This document shows, piece after piece, positions 16,963 to 26,004 of a DNA stretch of 28,319 nt. The notes under the pieces were generated by a model. It did no database searches. It worked only from the letters and a program-made list of their open reading frames with translations, and was not told the DNA's origin. Source of the DNA: Bacteroidales bacterium (GTDB lineage: Bacteria; Bacteroidota; Bacteroidia; Bacteroidales; CAIWKO01); NCBI GenBank assembly GCA_035389045.1, contig DAOORA010000012.1, forward strand, positions 62,001 through 90,319, written 5' to 3'. The position numbers and the translations under genes are program-made. How positions within the stretch are numbered: the stretch's first letter is position 1; each line of letters begins with the position of its first letter.

Positions 16963-17715
16963 TCATCTTCTAATCTTTTCTTCAATTATTGATGAGTTAA
17001 ACCGGACCAGTTTGTCCCAATCAATGTCTCCATTTTCTTTACAAAAATCATTCGCAAATTCTTTTGTGAACTTGTTGATCATTTGAGAATAGGATTTCAT
17101 AAAAGTGTCATTTTTTTCTCTTGCCTTATGACCAAGAGGTTCAATTATGTCAGTATAAAGATTGTCATTTCCTGAAATAAATTCCCAAAACTTTTGACCG
17201 CAATACTTATAATAATCACCTTTATCGGGTTGATTGTCTCTACCATAACAACAGCCGTTAACAGCAACAATATTGAGATTTGAATTACTTGTTCTTAAAG
17301 TCTTTTTTGCTGTCTTAAAATCTGAAACCATTTTAGCAATTTGAGAACTATTTCCCCAATTAGGTCCAGATTTAATATTCACGATATACCGTATTTCGTT
17401 TATATCAAACTCAAGGTCAATACCCAAAATCCCGGATTTTTTTCCACCATAAACTTTCCCATTTATATAAATAGCAAGTCCTTCAAGCCAATCTCCAAAA
17501 ATACCTTCTTCGCTTGAAGATATGTGAGCATCAACAATTCCTCGTATTATTCTTTCAGCTGTCAAAACATATTTTGCTTTAAACAAATATGGGTTTTTCC
17601 TTTTAAGTACTTGTGAAAGCTTAAGACCATCAAGGCTTTGTATTCTTTTCTCGTGAAAAATGCCGATATTTTTCTCAACGTACTGTGATACGTCTTTCAG
17701 GTTTATTTTTCTCAT
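16963..17715 (-). CDS. Type II restriction endonuclease, PmeII/EcoO109I-like
   Basis: KRKNPYLFKA, SSSEEGIFGDWLEGLA, GIDLEF...IKSGPNWGNSSQ (PD-(D/E)xK-like core) and CGQKFWEFISG. It follows and overlaps an MTase gene. Likely start is ATG 17715 rather than TTG 17733. Confidence 0.8.
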   Translation of the reverse strand: MRKINLKDVSQYVEKNIGIFHEKRIQSLDGLKLSQVLKRKNPYLFKAKYVLTAERIIRGIVDAHISSSEEGIFGDWLEGLAIYINGKVYGGKKSGILGIDLEFDINEIRYIVNIKSGPNWGNSSQIAKMVSDFKTAKKTLRTSNSNLNIVAVNGCCYGRDNQPDKGDYYKYCGQKFWEFISGNDNLYTDIIEPLGHKAREKNDTFMKSYSQMINKFTKEFANDFCKENGDIDWDKLVRFNSSIIEEKIRR

Positions 17716-18553
17716 ATTTTTCCTTTGAATCAAATAAATAAAGTTCTACTGGTTGCAGTTGCTTTTTTACCATTTCATAATATTCTGGAACTATGTCAAT
17801 TCCAATAGAATTTCGGTTCATTCTATTGGCTACAACTAATGTTGTTCCTGAGCCCATAAAGGGATCCAAAACAGTGTCATTTTCTTTTGTAAAAAGTTTT
17901 ATAAACCATTCCGGAAGTTCTTCTGGAAATGCTGCACTATGATTTTTATTATTACATTCTGTGGCAAGATGTAACACATTAGTTGGATATGCTTTTTCTC
18001 TTTCCAACCAGTTTGATATATTTTTCCCAAATCCACTACCGACTTTTGAGTTATCCCTTGTTTTGTCAGTTTCAGAAAGGTTTTTTAGTCTATTTTTTGC
18101 CCAATCACCCATTGGAACCATTACTTCTTCCTGGTACATATTGAATCTCTTATCTTTGTTGAATTGAAGAAGTCTCTCCCATGAGTCACGAAAACGATTT
18201 GGCCATTTCCCAGGGTAGGAATTTTTTTTATGCCAGATAAATTCCTCTGTCCAAAACCAACCTTGTTTACGCATTGCCAAAATTAATTCCATTACATAGG
18301 TGCTACGTTCACCATCAACGACCTTTTCCTTTATGTTTAAAACAAATGTTCCTGTCGTCTTTAAAACTCGTAATAATTGTTTTGAAATGGGTAAAAACCA
18401 CTCAACATATTTATCTGGTTGAATTCCTCCATAAGTACTTTTTCGTTGATCCGCATAAGGAGGTGACGTTACGATTAAGTCAACAGAATTTTCAGGGAGC
18501 ATTTTTAATATGTCTTTGCTGTCTCCCAGATATATGTCTGTTAATATTTCCAT
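17675..18553 (-). CDS. Site-specific DNA methyltransferase, beta class (N4-C/N6-A; SPPY suggests m4C)
   Basis: Motif IV VDLIVTSPPY near the N-terminus, HSAAFPEELP, and motif I VLDPFMGSGTT near the C-terminus. Confidence 0.93.
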   Translation of the reverse strand: MEILTDIYLGDSKDILKMLPENSVDLIVTSPPYADQRKSTYGGIQPDKYVEWFLPISKQLLRVLKTTGTFVLNIKEKVVDGERSTYVMELILAMRKQGWFWTEEFIWHKKNSYPGKWPNRFRDSWERLLQFNKDKRFNMYQEEVMVPMGDWAKNRLKNLSETDKTRDNSKVGSGFGKNISNWLEREKAYPTNVLHLATECNNKNHSAAFPEELPEWFIKLFTKENDTVLDPFMGSGTTLVVANRMNRNSIGIDIVPEYYEMVKKQLQPVELYLFDSKEKYEKNKPERRITVR

Positions 18554-18569
18554 TTATTTTTTATTTTCA

Positions 18570-18577
18570 CAAATTTA
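18570..18577 (-). promoter_or_regulatory. -7 box for the M-R operon
   Basis: TAAATTTG on the - strand 16 nt upstream of ATG 18553. Confidence 0.6.
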
Positions 18578-18771
18578 CAAATATTATTTGTTCGGATCTA
18601 CGATTGTTAATAAGTCACAATTGTCAGATTACCGTCAATAATTGCCTTAAATATATGAAAAAATCTTTATTCCGTTGCTAGTCTGAAAAATGCTATCAGA
18701 GGTAAAAACAAAGAGTTTAACCTTTTTTCTTTTATCCCTGTCCGCAAAAACATCATAATAAATAAAATAAT

Positions 18772-18872
18772 GAACATTCGCCGGAGGCTGTGCCTCCGGC
18801 GGCTTATTATTGCAGGCTGCGCCTGCTAAAGGCATAGCCTTTAATTTCCGTATAGGCTGTTGTACAAACCTG
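18772..18872 (+). repeat. Fourth, more diverged copy of the structured repeat, same orientation as the array
   Basis: gaacattcgccggaggctgtgcctccggcggcttattattgcaggctgcgcctgctaaaggcatagcc...gttgtacaaacctg. Preceded by the same aataat as copy 1. Confidence 0.95.
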
Positions 18873-18888
18873 GTAGTGTATAGTCCTG

Positions 18889-18921
18889 AAAAAAAGCCAC
18901 CCTGACTCAGAATGGCTTTTT
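18889..18921 (-). terminator. Intrinsic, possibly bidirectional terminator downstream of the T9SS gene
   Basis: aaaaaaagcca-ccctgactcagaa-tggcttttt hairpin with A/T tracts on both sides, 18 nt past stop 18940. Confidence 0.7.
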
Positions 18922-18939
18922 ATAAGATTCTTAACAAGC

Positions 18940-21900
18940 TTATCTTTCCAGTATCAGCTTACCGGTGTAAACACCATGGTTAGTGATCATTCTGTAAATG
19001 TAAACACCTGATGAAAGCATACTCCCGTCAAAATCCATTATGTATTCCCGGTCTTTGCCGGCATCACCGTCAAACAGGGTGCTGATCAGTTTTCCGGAAA
19101 GATCATACACTCCCAGTGTCACTCTGCTGTCTTCAGGCAGGGTGAACATGATGCTTGTGCTACTGTTGAAAGGATTCGGGTAAGACCGTAGTGTCATTTC
19201 CGCACCCGATCCTATATTCATCGCCAGCTGCTTTTGGTTTGCACATGCACCACAGTTCGCACTTTGGTTCCAGTAGGTATTCTGTGCCGATAGTATTTCT
19301 TTGGCAATGAAGATGCCTGTAAAATCATTAGAGCGTACCGTACGCGAATCCTCAGTCGAAATTTTGAAATCAACACCAGTTGTCTTGCCAAGATAGAATT
19401 TACCCTTTGCCACGGTGCCTTTTTTGAAGTTGACGTTGTTCTGCACATAAACAGTCAGTGGAACATCCTCAGGATTTATATTTACCAGCTGTCCGCCATT
19501 TACTCCCGCTGCATATCCTGCTCCGCGGATGCGCATCTTGGTGCATGGGGTAAAATGCACAGACGATCCATCGCCAATGGCAAGCAATCCTCCAATGTTG
19601 ATTATACCGCTGCTGAACGTCACGTCCGCATTTTTACCGATTTTGACATCCTTATATAACGAATCGCCAAGAATCACAACAGCATTGTCGGGTACATTGA
19701 CATTGACCGTGCCGGAAAAAGCATCACTTTCAAATACAGGCAGTGTCACAGTTGCAGGAGCATAATATGCCGCGGAAAGAATACTCGAACCATCAACAGG
19801 TATCAATACAGCTTTCGCAAAAACACCCGGAGCGGTTACCACGGAGCTTTCTTTGAGTTCTGCCTGGCCGTCACTACTTTTCATCACCCCAATACCACCG
19901 GAATGAACCACACTTCCTTTTAACTCAATACGTTCCCGGGCAAGCATCACGTACGAGGAAATCAGGTCAGCAGGTTCTGCAGCAACAACAAGGGTGTCTT
20001 CCGCATAACATCCCATGCTGTTCACCACGTTCACGATATATTCCCCGCTGGACCAGGCCTGCACCACCGGAGTAGTTTCACCGGTCGACCACAAATAATC
20101 TGTTGCAGGTGTTCCTGCAACATTAGCAGTAAGTTCAACAGCTCCCGAACAGTAAAGCCCTGCAGAAGTAATATCAACAGCGATCTTTCCACTGCGTGTG
20201 ATATGTTGAATACAGTTAGCGACATATCCGTTTGAATAACGTATGGTCCACGTCACCGTTGTCGTTCCCACCGGGAAAATTGCCGGCTGATCTGTGGTGA
20301 TGTCCATCATTTCCCGGTTGATACGCATCATGGTCAACAAATTAAACGCAGAATCCTCATAACAGATGATCATGTCCTTCATACACTTAAAGATGCCCGG
20401 GTCTTCAACAGGCGGGCAGACATGGAAGTCGCTGCTCAGATACCAGTTGGTGTGCTTACCCGAACTTACGCTTTTCGCCATGAAAATCCCCTTGAAAACC
20501 GCGGGCTTAGTGGGCTTGGAATCAGCAATGGTCAGGTTATGAATAGCAGTATCTGCAGAATTTTTCCTTCCAAGGAAGAAGTATCCGTTGACATGAGCGC
20601 CTTCGCCCACCGTAACGGCCTGGTTAATGTAAAACTTCACCGAAGTATTGCCGGGATTGATATTCACATTTTTACGCAGTACCATTTTTTCATCCAGGCG
20701 GAACACCCCGCACCGGTCAAACTTAATCGTTGAACCATCTCCGATGTCAAACTTACGGTCGATGTTCACCACGGGCTGTGTAAATACTACTGTAGCATTT
20801 GTCCCGGTCACAATTTCCTTGTAAAGTGTGTCGTTGAGATACACGGTAGTGTTGTTGGGCACATGTATCGAAAGCGTTCCCGTATAGGGCATGGCTTCAA
20901 ACACAGGCCAGGGCTCCGTGGCAGGATCATAAGTAGCATCTGTGATAGCGCTGGTGCCGTCCTTAGTGATATTATCTGCCACTCCGAAGGTTCCCGGTGC
21001 CGTGATATCTGAATAATCCCTGAGTTCAAGCTTTCCGCCGGCTTTCTTCACCCCCACTCCGCCGCTGTATACATTGGATTTCTTCATGGTCACCAGGTCT
21101 TTCGCTAATATTACAAAATTCCAGCTGTCGGTCACCGTGATGGTCTGCACCTGATCCGGAGCCGCATTGCCGCAATTGTCCTCCAGATGCCATGTACGCG
21201 ATAAGACATTGGAACCGGGCGCCATTACATCAGAAAATGTGGCCTGCAACCCGGCAGAACAGTTGTCCCATTCATCGGTGACATCACCCGTGAGGCTAAC
21301 TATAGGTCCGTAATTATTAAAATCATCATTCGTCATCGTAATATCAGGAGGCGCAGTGAATGTCGGGGCGATAGTATCCAGTACTGTTATGATCTGAACC
21401 TGGCCGTCCGACTGGTTACCATGTATATCCATCACCGACCATGTCCTTATGATGATATGGCTTCCTTCACAGGCGCCCTCAGTAATGGAATCAGAATATA
21501 TCGCCTGCAACGGCTGGCAATTATCCCATTCATCAGTTACATCACCGGTGTTCAAAACGGAGATATCATAGTTACAGCCGGCATCCGCATATACCGTAAT
21601 GTCTTCAGGACTTGTAAATACAGGAATCACAGGATCTTCCACTGTCACGGCGGCCATGCAGTAAGAACTGTTGCCATTAACATCCGTCACGGTCAGTGTC
21701 ACAGTATTGACACCTACATCATTGCAATCAAAAAAGTCAGGTACTACGGTCATTTCAGCAATACCACAGGCATCCCATGAGCTGCTGTCCACATCAGAGG
21801 GAATTATCGTCGCAGTGCCTGTAATGTCCAGTTGTACCGTTATATTCCGGCAGTGAACAACAGGCGGCATGACATCCTCAACTGTTACTGCTGCATTGCA

Positions 21901-24381
21901 GAACGAGGTATTACCGCTGACATCCGTTACGGTCAGTATCACGGTATTAACGCCCGCATCACCGCAATCAAACACATCGGGCGCTACGGTCATTTCAGCA
22001 ATCCCGCAGGCATCTCGTGAGTTGCTGTCCACATCAGAAGGAAGTATGGCTGCTGTGCCTGCAGCATCCAATTGTACCGTTATATTCCGGCAGTGAACAA
22101 CAGGCGCCGTGACGTCCTCTACAGTCACTGCCCCACTGCAGAACGAGCTATTGCCGTTGATATCCGTCACGGTAAGTGTTACCAGGTTGGGATTGGTCAG
22201 TAGATCATCGCAGGTAAAAAATGTTTTGTCAATAACCATACCGGCTATGCCACAGGCATCACTGCTGCCGTTGTCAAGCTGCTGCGGAGCCAGTATGACG
22301 TTACCGCTGGCATCCAGGTTCACCGTAACATTCTTACATAGTGCTTCCGGAGCCGTTTCATCAGTCACAGTAACCAGAAGGGAGCAGATGGAAGTATTGC
22401 CGGCTATATCGGTTACCACTAAGTCCACAGGGTTCGGGTTGAATGGCACATCGTCACAGCTGAAGGCAGTTTTGCTCAGCGCCATACCGGCGATACCACA
22501 AACGTCATAACTTCCGTTATCCGCCTGCTGAGCAGTCAGTGTGCCATTCCCGCCGGCATCAAGTATCACCGTCACATTATGGCACAAGGCTACCGGTGAC
22601 ATGGTATCAGCTACCGTGACAAAAGTATGGCACGTTGCCGTGTTGCCTGCCATATCCGTAACCGTCAGCAACACACTGTTCGGATTGGTCAGTATATCAG
22701 CACAACTGAATTGTGTCTTGCTCAGGGTCATATCGGCTATGCCGCAGCCATCGCTGCTGCCGTTGTCCACCTGCTGCGCCGTCAGCGCCCCGTTACCATC
22801 AGCATCAAGGATTACCGTCACATCCCGGCAAAGAGCAACAGGTGGAATAATCTCTGTCACGGTCACCCCGGCATAGCAGGTTGATACATTATTATTTATG
22901 TCTGTTACGGTAAGTGTCACAGAATTGGGATTGGTCAATAGTTCGGCACAGGTGAACACCGTCCTGTTCAGCGCCATACCGGCTATACCGCAGGCGTCGC
23001 TGCTGCCGTTGTCCACCTGCTGTGCCGTAAGCGTTCCGTTTCCGTTTTCATCAAGAGTAACCGTAACATCGTGACAGAGCGCAACGGCCGGAACAAAATC
23101 CCTTACCGTAATATTGGCAACACAGGTTTTGGTATTGCCGCTGTTATCCGTTACCGTCAATACCACGGGATTCGGATTAGTCAATATATCTGTACAGTTA
23201 AACGTATTACGGCTCAATCCCAGGCCTGAAACTCCGCATTCATCACTGCTGCCATTGTCAACCTGGTAGGGGAAAACATCAATTAACCCTGCATCGTTGA
23301 GATTTACTGTTATATTCCTGCACTTTGCCACCGGTATTGTCATATCATTTACTGTCACTATGGACTGGCAGGTACTTGAATTTCCGCTGTTATCCGTCAC
23401 GGTCAGCGTAACCGTATTGGCGCCCGTGTTTGCACAGGTAAAATAATTCGGGCTTACAGTCATCCCCGAAATTCCATCATTGTCCGTACTTCCGTTATCG
23501 ACCTGCGAAGCATTGATGGTAACACAACTGTTTCCCCTGTGGGTAGCCCACGACAAAGCATTGACATAAAGACGCTGCACATTGACATTGGAAAGGCATG
23601 AACTCCCCAGGTAATTACCGGCATGGCTGAAACCCACGATCCGTCCGGCACCGAGGTCACGCACCGCAACGGCAGCAGAACCATTCTGGTCCGTCATGAT
23701 GGCCTCAGCAGGATACAACTGGTATTCCCGTACCGGGCCAACGTTGGCACCCGCCAGAAAGGTAAAAGGACTGGAAACACCTGTAAGCACAGGATGTGAA
23801 GCATAAGCCGGTACGCTGGTATAGGTCATCATGGCTGTTACACCGCTGATCCTCTTTAAGATGACGATGGGCGACATCGCAGTCTGCGTAAGCAAATAAT
23901 CAATTTCATGAGCATCCCATTCGTCATGTATAAACGCTTTCCCCTGATTAAGCACAAAATCAACCAGGGCGTTTTGTGCAGCTAATGGCAAAGGATTGGA
24001 TGCTGTCATCCCATCCAGGTGAACCACCGCTGCAAATCCATCAAGAGGAGGATTAGTTCCATCCCACTGATATTCCGGAACAGCAGGCATAGTAACCACG
24101 AAGCCGGCAGCTTCCATCGCATTTTTAAGACTCATGGTATTGGAATTCATCACATCCCATAACAGCAGCACATGCTCACCGCCACAGCCGCCGCCCGGGC
24201 TTAAACTTACAGTAATGTCTTTGCATAACGCAACAGGAGGGACACTGTCATTGACCTGTGCCAGTGAATCGTTTGCTGCAAGCAAGGGCAACAGTAATAC
24301 CATGAACAGGTACCTGAGTGCCTTCATAAAAGGTTCTTTTCTCCACGAGATAAGTAACCCGCTTTGTGTAAATTTTTTCAT
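18940..24381 (-). CDS. 1813-aa T9SS type A cargo protein with HYR-like Ig repeats and duplicated beta-solenoid-like domains (adhesin-like)
   Basis: Signal peptide, eight ~80-82 aa Cys-rich repeats (PVAxCxDxTVxL...DNGSxDxCGI...VTLTVTD..GN.S.C), two further HYR-like repeats, two homologous ~230-aa domains, and C-terminal YPNPFN...VYDLSGKLI...LSSGVYIYRM...KLIL. ATG 24324 (MKALRYL) is an alternative start. Confidence 0.9.
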   Translation of the reverse strand: MKKFTQSGLLISWRKEPFMKALRYLFMVLLLPLLAANDSLAQVNDSVPPVALCKDITVSLSPGGGCGGEHVLLLWDVMNSNTMSLKNAMEAAGFVVTMPAVPEYQWDGTNPPLDGFAAVVHLDGMTASNPLPLAAQNALVDFVLNQGKAFIHDEWDAHEIDYLLTQTAMSPIVILKRISGVTAMMTYTSVPAYASHPVLTGVSSPFTFLAGANVGPVREYQLYPAEAIMTDQNGSAAVAVRDLGAGRIVGFSHAGNYLGSSCLSNVNVQRLYVNALSWATHRGNSCVTINASQVDNGSTDNDGISGMTVSPNYFTCANTGANTVTLTVTDNSGNSSTCQSIVTVNDMTIPVAKCRNITVNLNDAGLIDVFPYQVDNGSSDECGVSGLGLSRNTFNCTDILTNPNPVVLTVTDNSGNTKTCVANITVRDFVPAVALCHDVTVTLDENGNGTLTAQQVDNGSSDACGIAGMALNRTVFTCAELLTNPNSVTLTVTDINNNVSTCYAGVTVTEIIPPVALCRDVTVILDADGNGALTAQQVDNGSSDGCGIADMTLSKTQFSCADILTNPNSVLLTVTDMAGNTATCHTFVTVADTMSPVALCHNVTVILDAGGNGTLTAQQADNGSYDVCGIAGMALSKTAFSCDDVPFNPNPVDLVVTDIAGNTSICSLLVTVTDETAPEALCKNVTVNLDASGNVILAPQQLDNGSSDACGIAGMVIDKTFFTCDDLLTNPNLVTLTVTDINGNSSFCSGAVTVEDVTAPVVHCRNITVQLDAAGTAAILPSDVDSNSRDACGIAEMTVAPDVFDCGDAGVNTVILTVTDVSGNTSFCNAAVTVEDVMPPVVHCRNITVQLDITGTATIIPSDVDSSSWDACGIAEMTVVPDFFDCNDVGVNTVTLTVTDVNGNSSYCMAAVTVEDPVIPVFTSPEDITVYADAGCNYDISVLNTGDVTDEWDNCQPLQAIYSDSITEGACEGSHIIIRTWSVMDIHGNQSDGQVQIITVLDTIAPTFTAPPDITMTNDDFNNYGPIVSLTGDVTDEWDNCSAGLQATFSDVMAPGSNVLSRTWHLEDNCGNAAPDQVQTITVTDSWNFVILAKDLVTMKKSNVYSGGVGVKKAGGKLELRDYSDITAPGTFGVADNITKDGTSAITDATYDPATEPWPVFEAMPYTGTLSIHVPNNTTVYLNDTLYKEIVTGTNATVVFTQPVVNIDRKFDIGDGSTIKFDRCGVFRLDEKMVLRKNVNINPGNTSVKFYINQAVTVGEGAHVNGYFFLGRKNSADTAIHNLTIADSKPTKPAVFKGIFMAKSVSSGKHTNWYLSSDFHVCPPVEDPGIFKCMKDMIICYEDSAFNLLTMMRINREMMDITTDQPAIFPVGTTTVTWTIRYSNGYVANCIQHITRSGKIAVDITSAGLYCSGAVELTANVAGTPATDYLWSTGETTPVVQAWSSGEYIVNVVNSMGCYAEDTLVVAAEPADLISSYVMLARERIELKGSVVHSGGIGVMKSSDGQAELKESSVVTAPGVFAKAVLIPVDGSSILSAAYYAPATVTLPVFESDAFSGTVNVNVPDNAVVILGDSLYKDVKIGKNADVTFSSGIINIGGLLAIGDGSSVHFTPCTKMRIRGAGYAAGVNGGQLVNINPEDVPLTVYVQNNVNFKKGTVAKGKFYLGKTTGVDFKISTEDSRTVRSNDFTGIFIAKEILSAQNTYWNQSANCGACANQKQLAMNIGSGAEMTLRSYPNPFNSSTSIMFTLPEDSRVTLGVYDLSGKLISTLFDGDAGKDREYIMDFDGSMLSSGVYIYRMITNHGVYTGKLILER

Positions 24382-24763
24382 AACATAATGTTTTTATGGT
24401 AATAAATAATTGTTTGTTCTGACTAATGCGATACTTTGAATAAGCAGTTTATTTTTATAATAGTACAGATCTTCATCTTCTGCCCGATTTGTAAAAAGCA
24501 TTTTGAAAATCAATTTGCATCCGCCATTTGGCAGACAGGGTCCGGCAAATTGATTGGCTAACCACAACGTATGATTTAAAATAATAATACATCAATTTGA
24601 CACTGTTTCCTTTCAACGATTCATGTAAACGTTTCCAATTATGATTCATTCAACAATATAAAATATAAATTTATTTATCGTTATTTTTTATTATTATATC
24701 TTAATATTATTAATGTTTATCAACACAAACATACATAAAATTACATTTTTATAACTAAATATG

Positions 24764-24771
24764 CAAATTTA
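24764..24771 (-). promoter_or_regulatory. Candidate -7 box for the T9SS gene
   Basis: TAAATTTG(CA) on the - strand about 380 nt upstream of ATG 24381. The AT-rich context lowers specificity. Confidence 0.35.
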
Positions 24772-25215
24772 TTAACATATTTTAGTATTAAAATTTGTCT
24801 TTTTTTTTCATGTACTGATTATCAACACATTAAATCTGTTATATTTTTGTTAATTACAGCTTGCAATTAACAATACCCAGCCAAAACCCCGGAGCGTTAA
24901 AACAATACCGCTAAATACAACCTCAGGAAAACAAAAGTTTTTCATAAGATTAATACTAAAATGATTCAAATAAAAAAGAATATATATCCTGGTTGCATCA
25001 TAAGTTTTATTAACAAAAAGTTTGTCTTAGTGCACTCAGCAGCGGACTTTGTGGCGCACTTCATGCAACTTTGTGTTAAGAATATTAAACACTGAGCAAA
25101 GCAAAGATTTGCATAAAGTTCTATATGTATCTAAATGAATCAATCAGGATAAGTATGTATGTGCCTGATAAAAAATTTGTATCTGCTCACCCCATTAAAG
25201 CGCCTGAAAACAAAA

Positions 25216-25376
25216 AGATGAGGCTGTCTCAAAAGTCAAAATTCAGGAGTACTTAACCTTTGTGAACCTTCGTGTGTACTTTGTGTTCCTTTGTGGTTCA
25301 ATTACTTATATTTACCACGAAGCATCATAAAGGCTGGCTTTAAGGCGCACAAAGGATTTTTGAGACAGGCTCATCT
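25216..25376. mobile_element. 161-bp MITE-like element with 19-bp terminal inverted repeats
   Basis: agatgaggctgtctcaaaa (25216-25234) and ttttgagacaggctcatct (25358-25376), 18/19 complementary. The interior has repeated ctttgtg units and a complementary cacaaagg arm, with no ORF. Confidence 0.65.
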
Positions 25377-25658
25377 ATTCTAATTCGTGAAACAAAATAA
25401 AACACTCTGAATAACAAGCCTATAGCAAACCGTACAGAATTTTCTTATGATATTTTCTATAGGGTGAATCGTTACAAAGATTTAAATTGCCAAAAAAATA
25501 TGTTAATATTATAATATTTTAATCCTAAAATTTATTTTTTAGCATTTATAATAAAACTTATATTCTTAATATATTATAAATCAACTTTTTATTATTTTAA
25601 ATAAGCATTAAAATACTTTTTTAAGCAAAAACTTCTTCTTGATGTACAAATTTTACTG

Positions 25659-25666
25659 TACTTTTG
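25659..25666 (+). promoter_or_regulatory. Candidate -7 box for the SprB-repeat gene
   Basis: TACTTTTG about 340 nt upstream of ATG 26005. Confidence 0.3.
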
Positions 25667-26004
25667 TTCGTTTTAACAATGCTTTTTATTAAAAAATATA
25701 AACATCTGTTTGTTAATTAAAATGTTTTTATTATTTTTAGCAATTATTATTTAAGTTTTAGCTGAAATATAATAAAATTTATATTCAACAAAAAATAAAA
25801 AATATACTGTAACAAACAACAAAAAAATTCGTATTAAATCATCTCAATTTATTTTTGAACAAATAATTATATATGGCATTACGCTACCCTCCGCACATTT
25901 TTTTAAACCATTTCATTTTAAACACGCAACTCAGCGCACAATCAGCACGCATGGGTTACGCTTTTATTTACCCCATCAGTTTTAATGTGATAAACAAATT
26001 AACT

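Noticed and set aside
15967..17086. Short ORFs 15967-16155, 16050-16379, 16460-16654, 16814-17086 (and 18647-18835)
   Set aside because: They are translations of palindromic repeat DNA or antisense to the REase gene, with no protein-like motifs.
16477..18872. Classical integron attC sites
   Set aside because: No RYYYAAC...GTTRRRY ends forming a single long hairpin and no intI in the window; the unit is a chain of short hairpins.
25873..26004. 44-codon in-frame N-terminal extension of the SprB-repeat gene
   Set aside because: ATG 26005 has a typical A-rich context and MKK signal-peptide start, and the extension would bury the signal peptide. Retained only as an alternative start.
24382..26004. 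tRNA, riboswitch or invertible promoter in the 1.6-kb AT-rich intergenic region
   Set aside because: No cloverleaf or known riboswitch consensus was recognised. The 19-bp inverted repeats do not enclose a clear TAnnTTTG promoter (tactttgt does not match) and no recombinase is adjacent.
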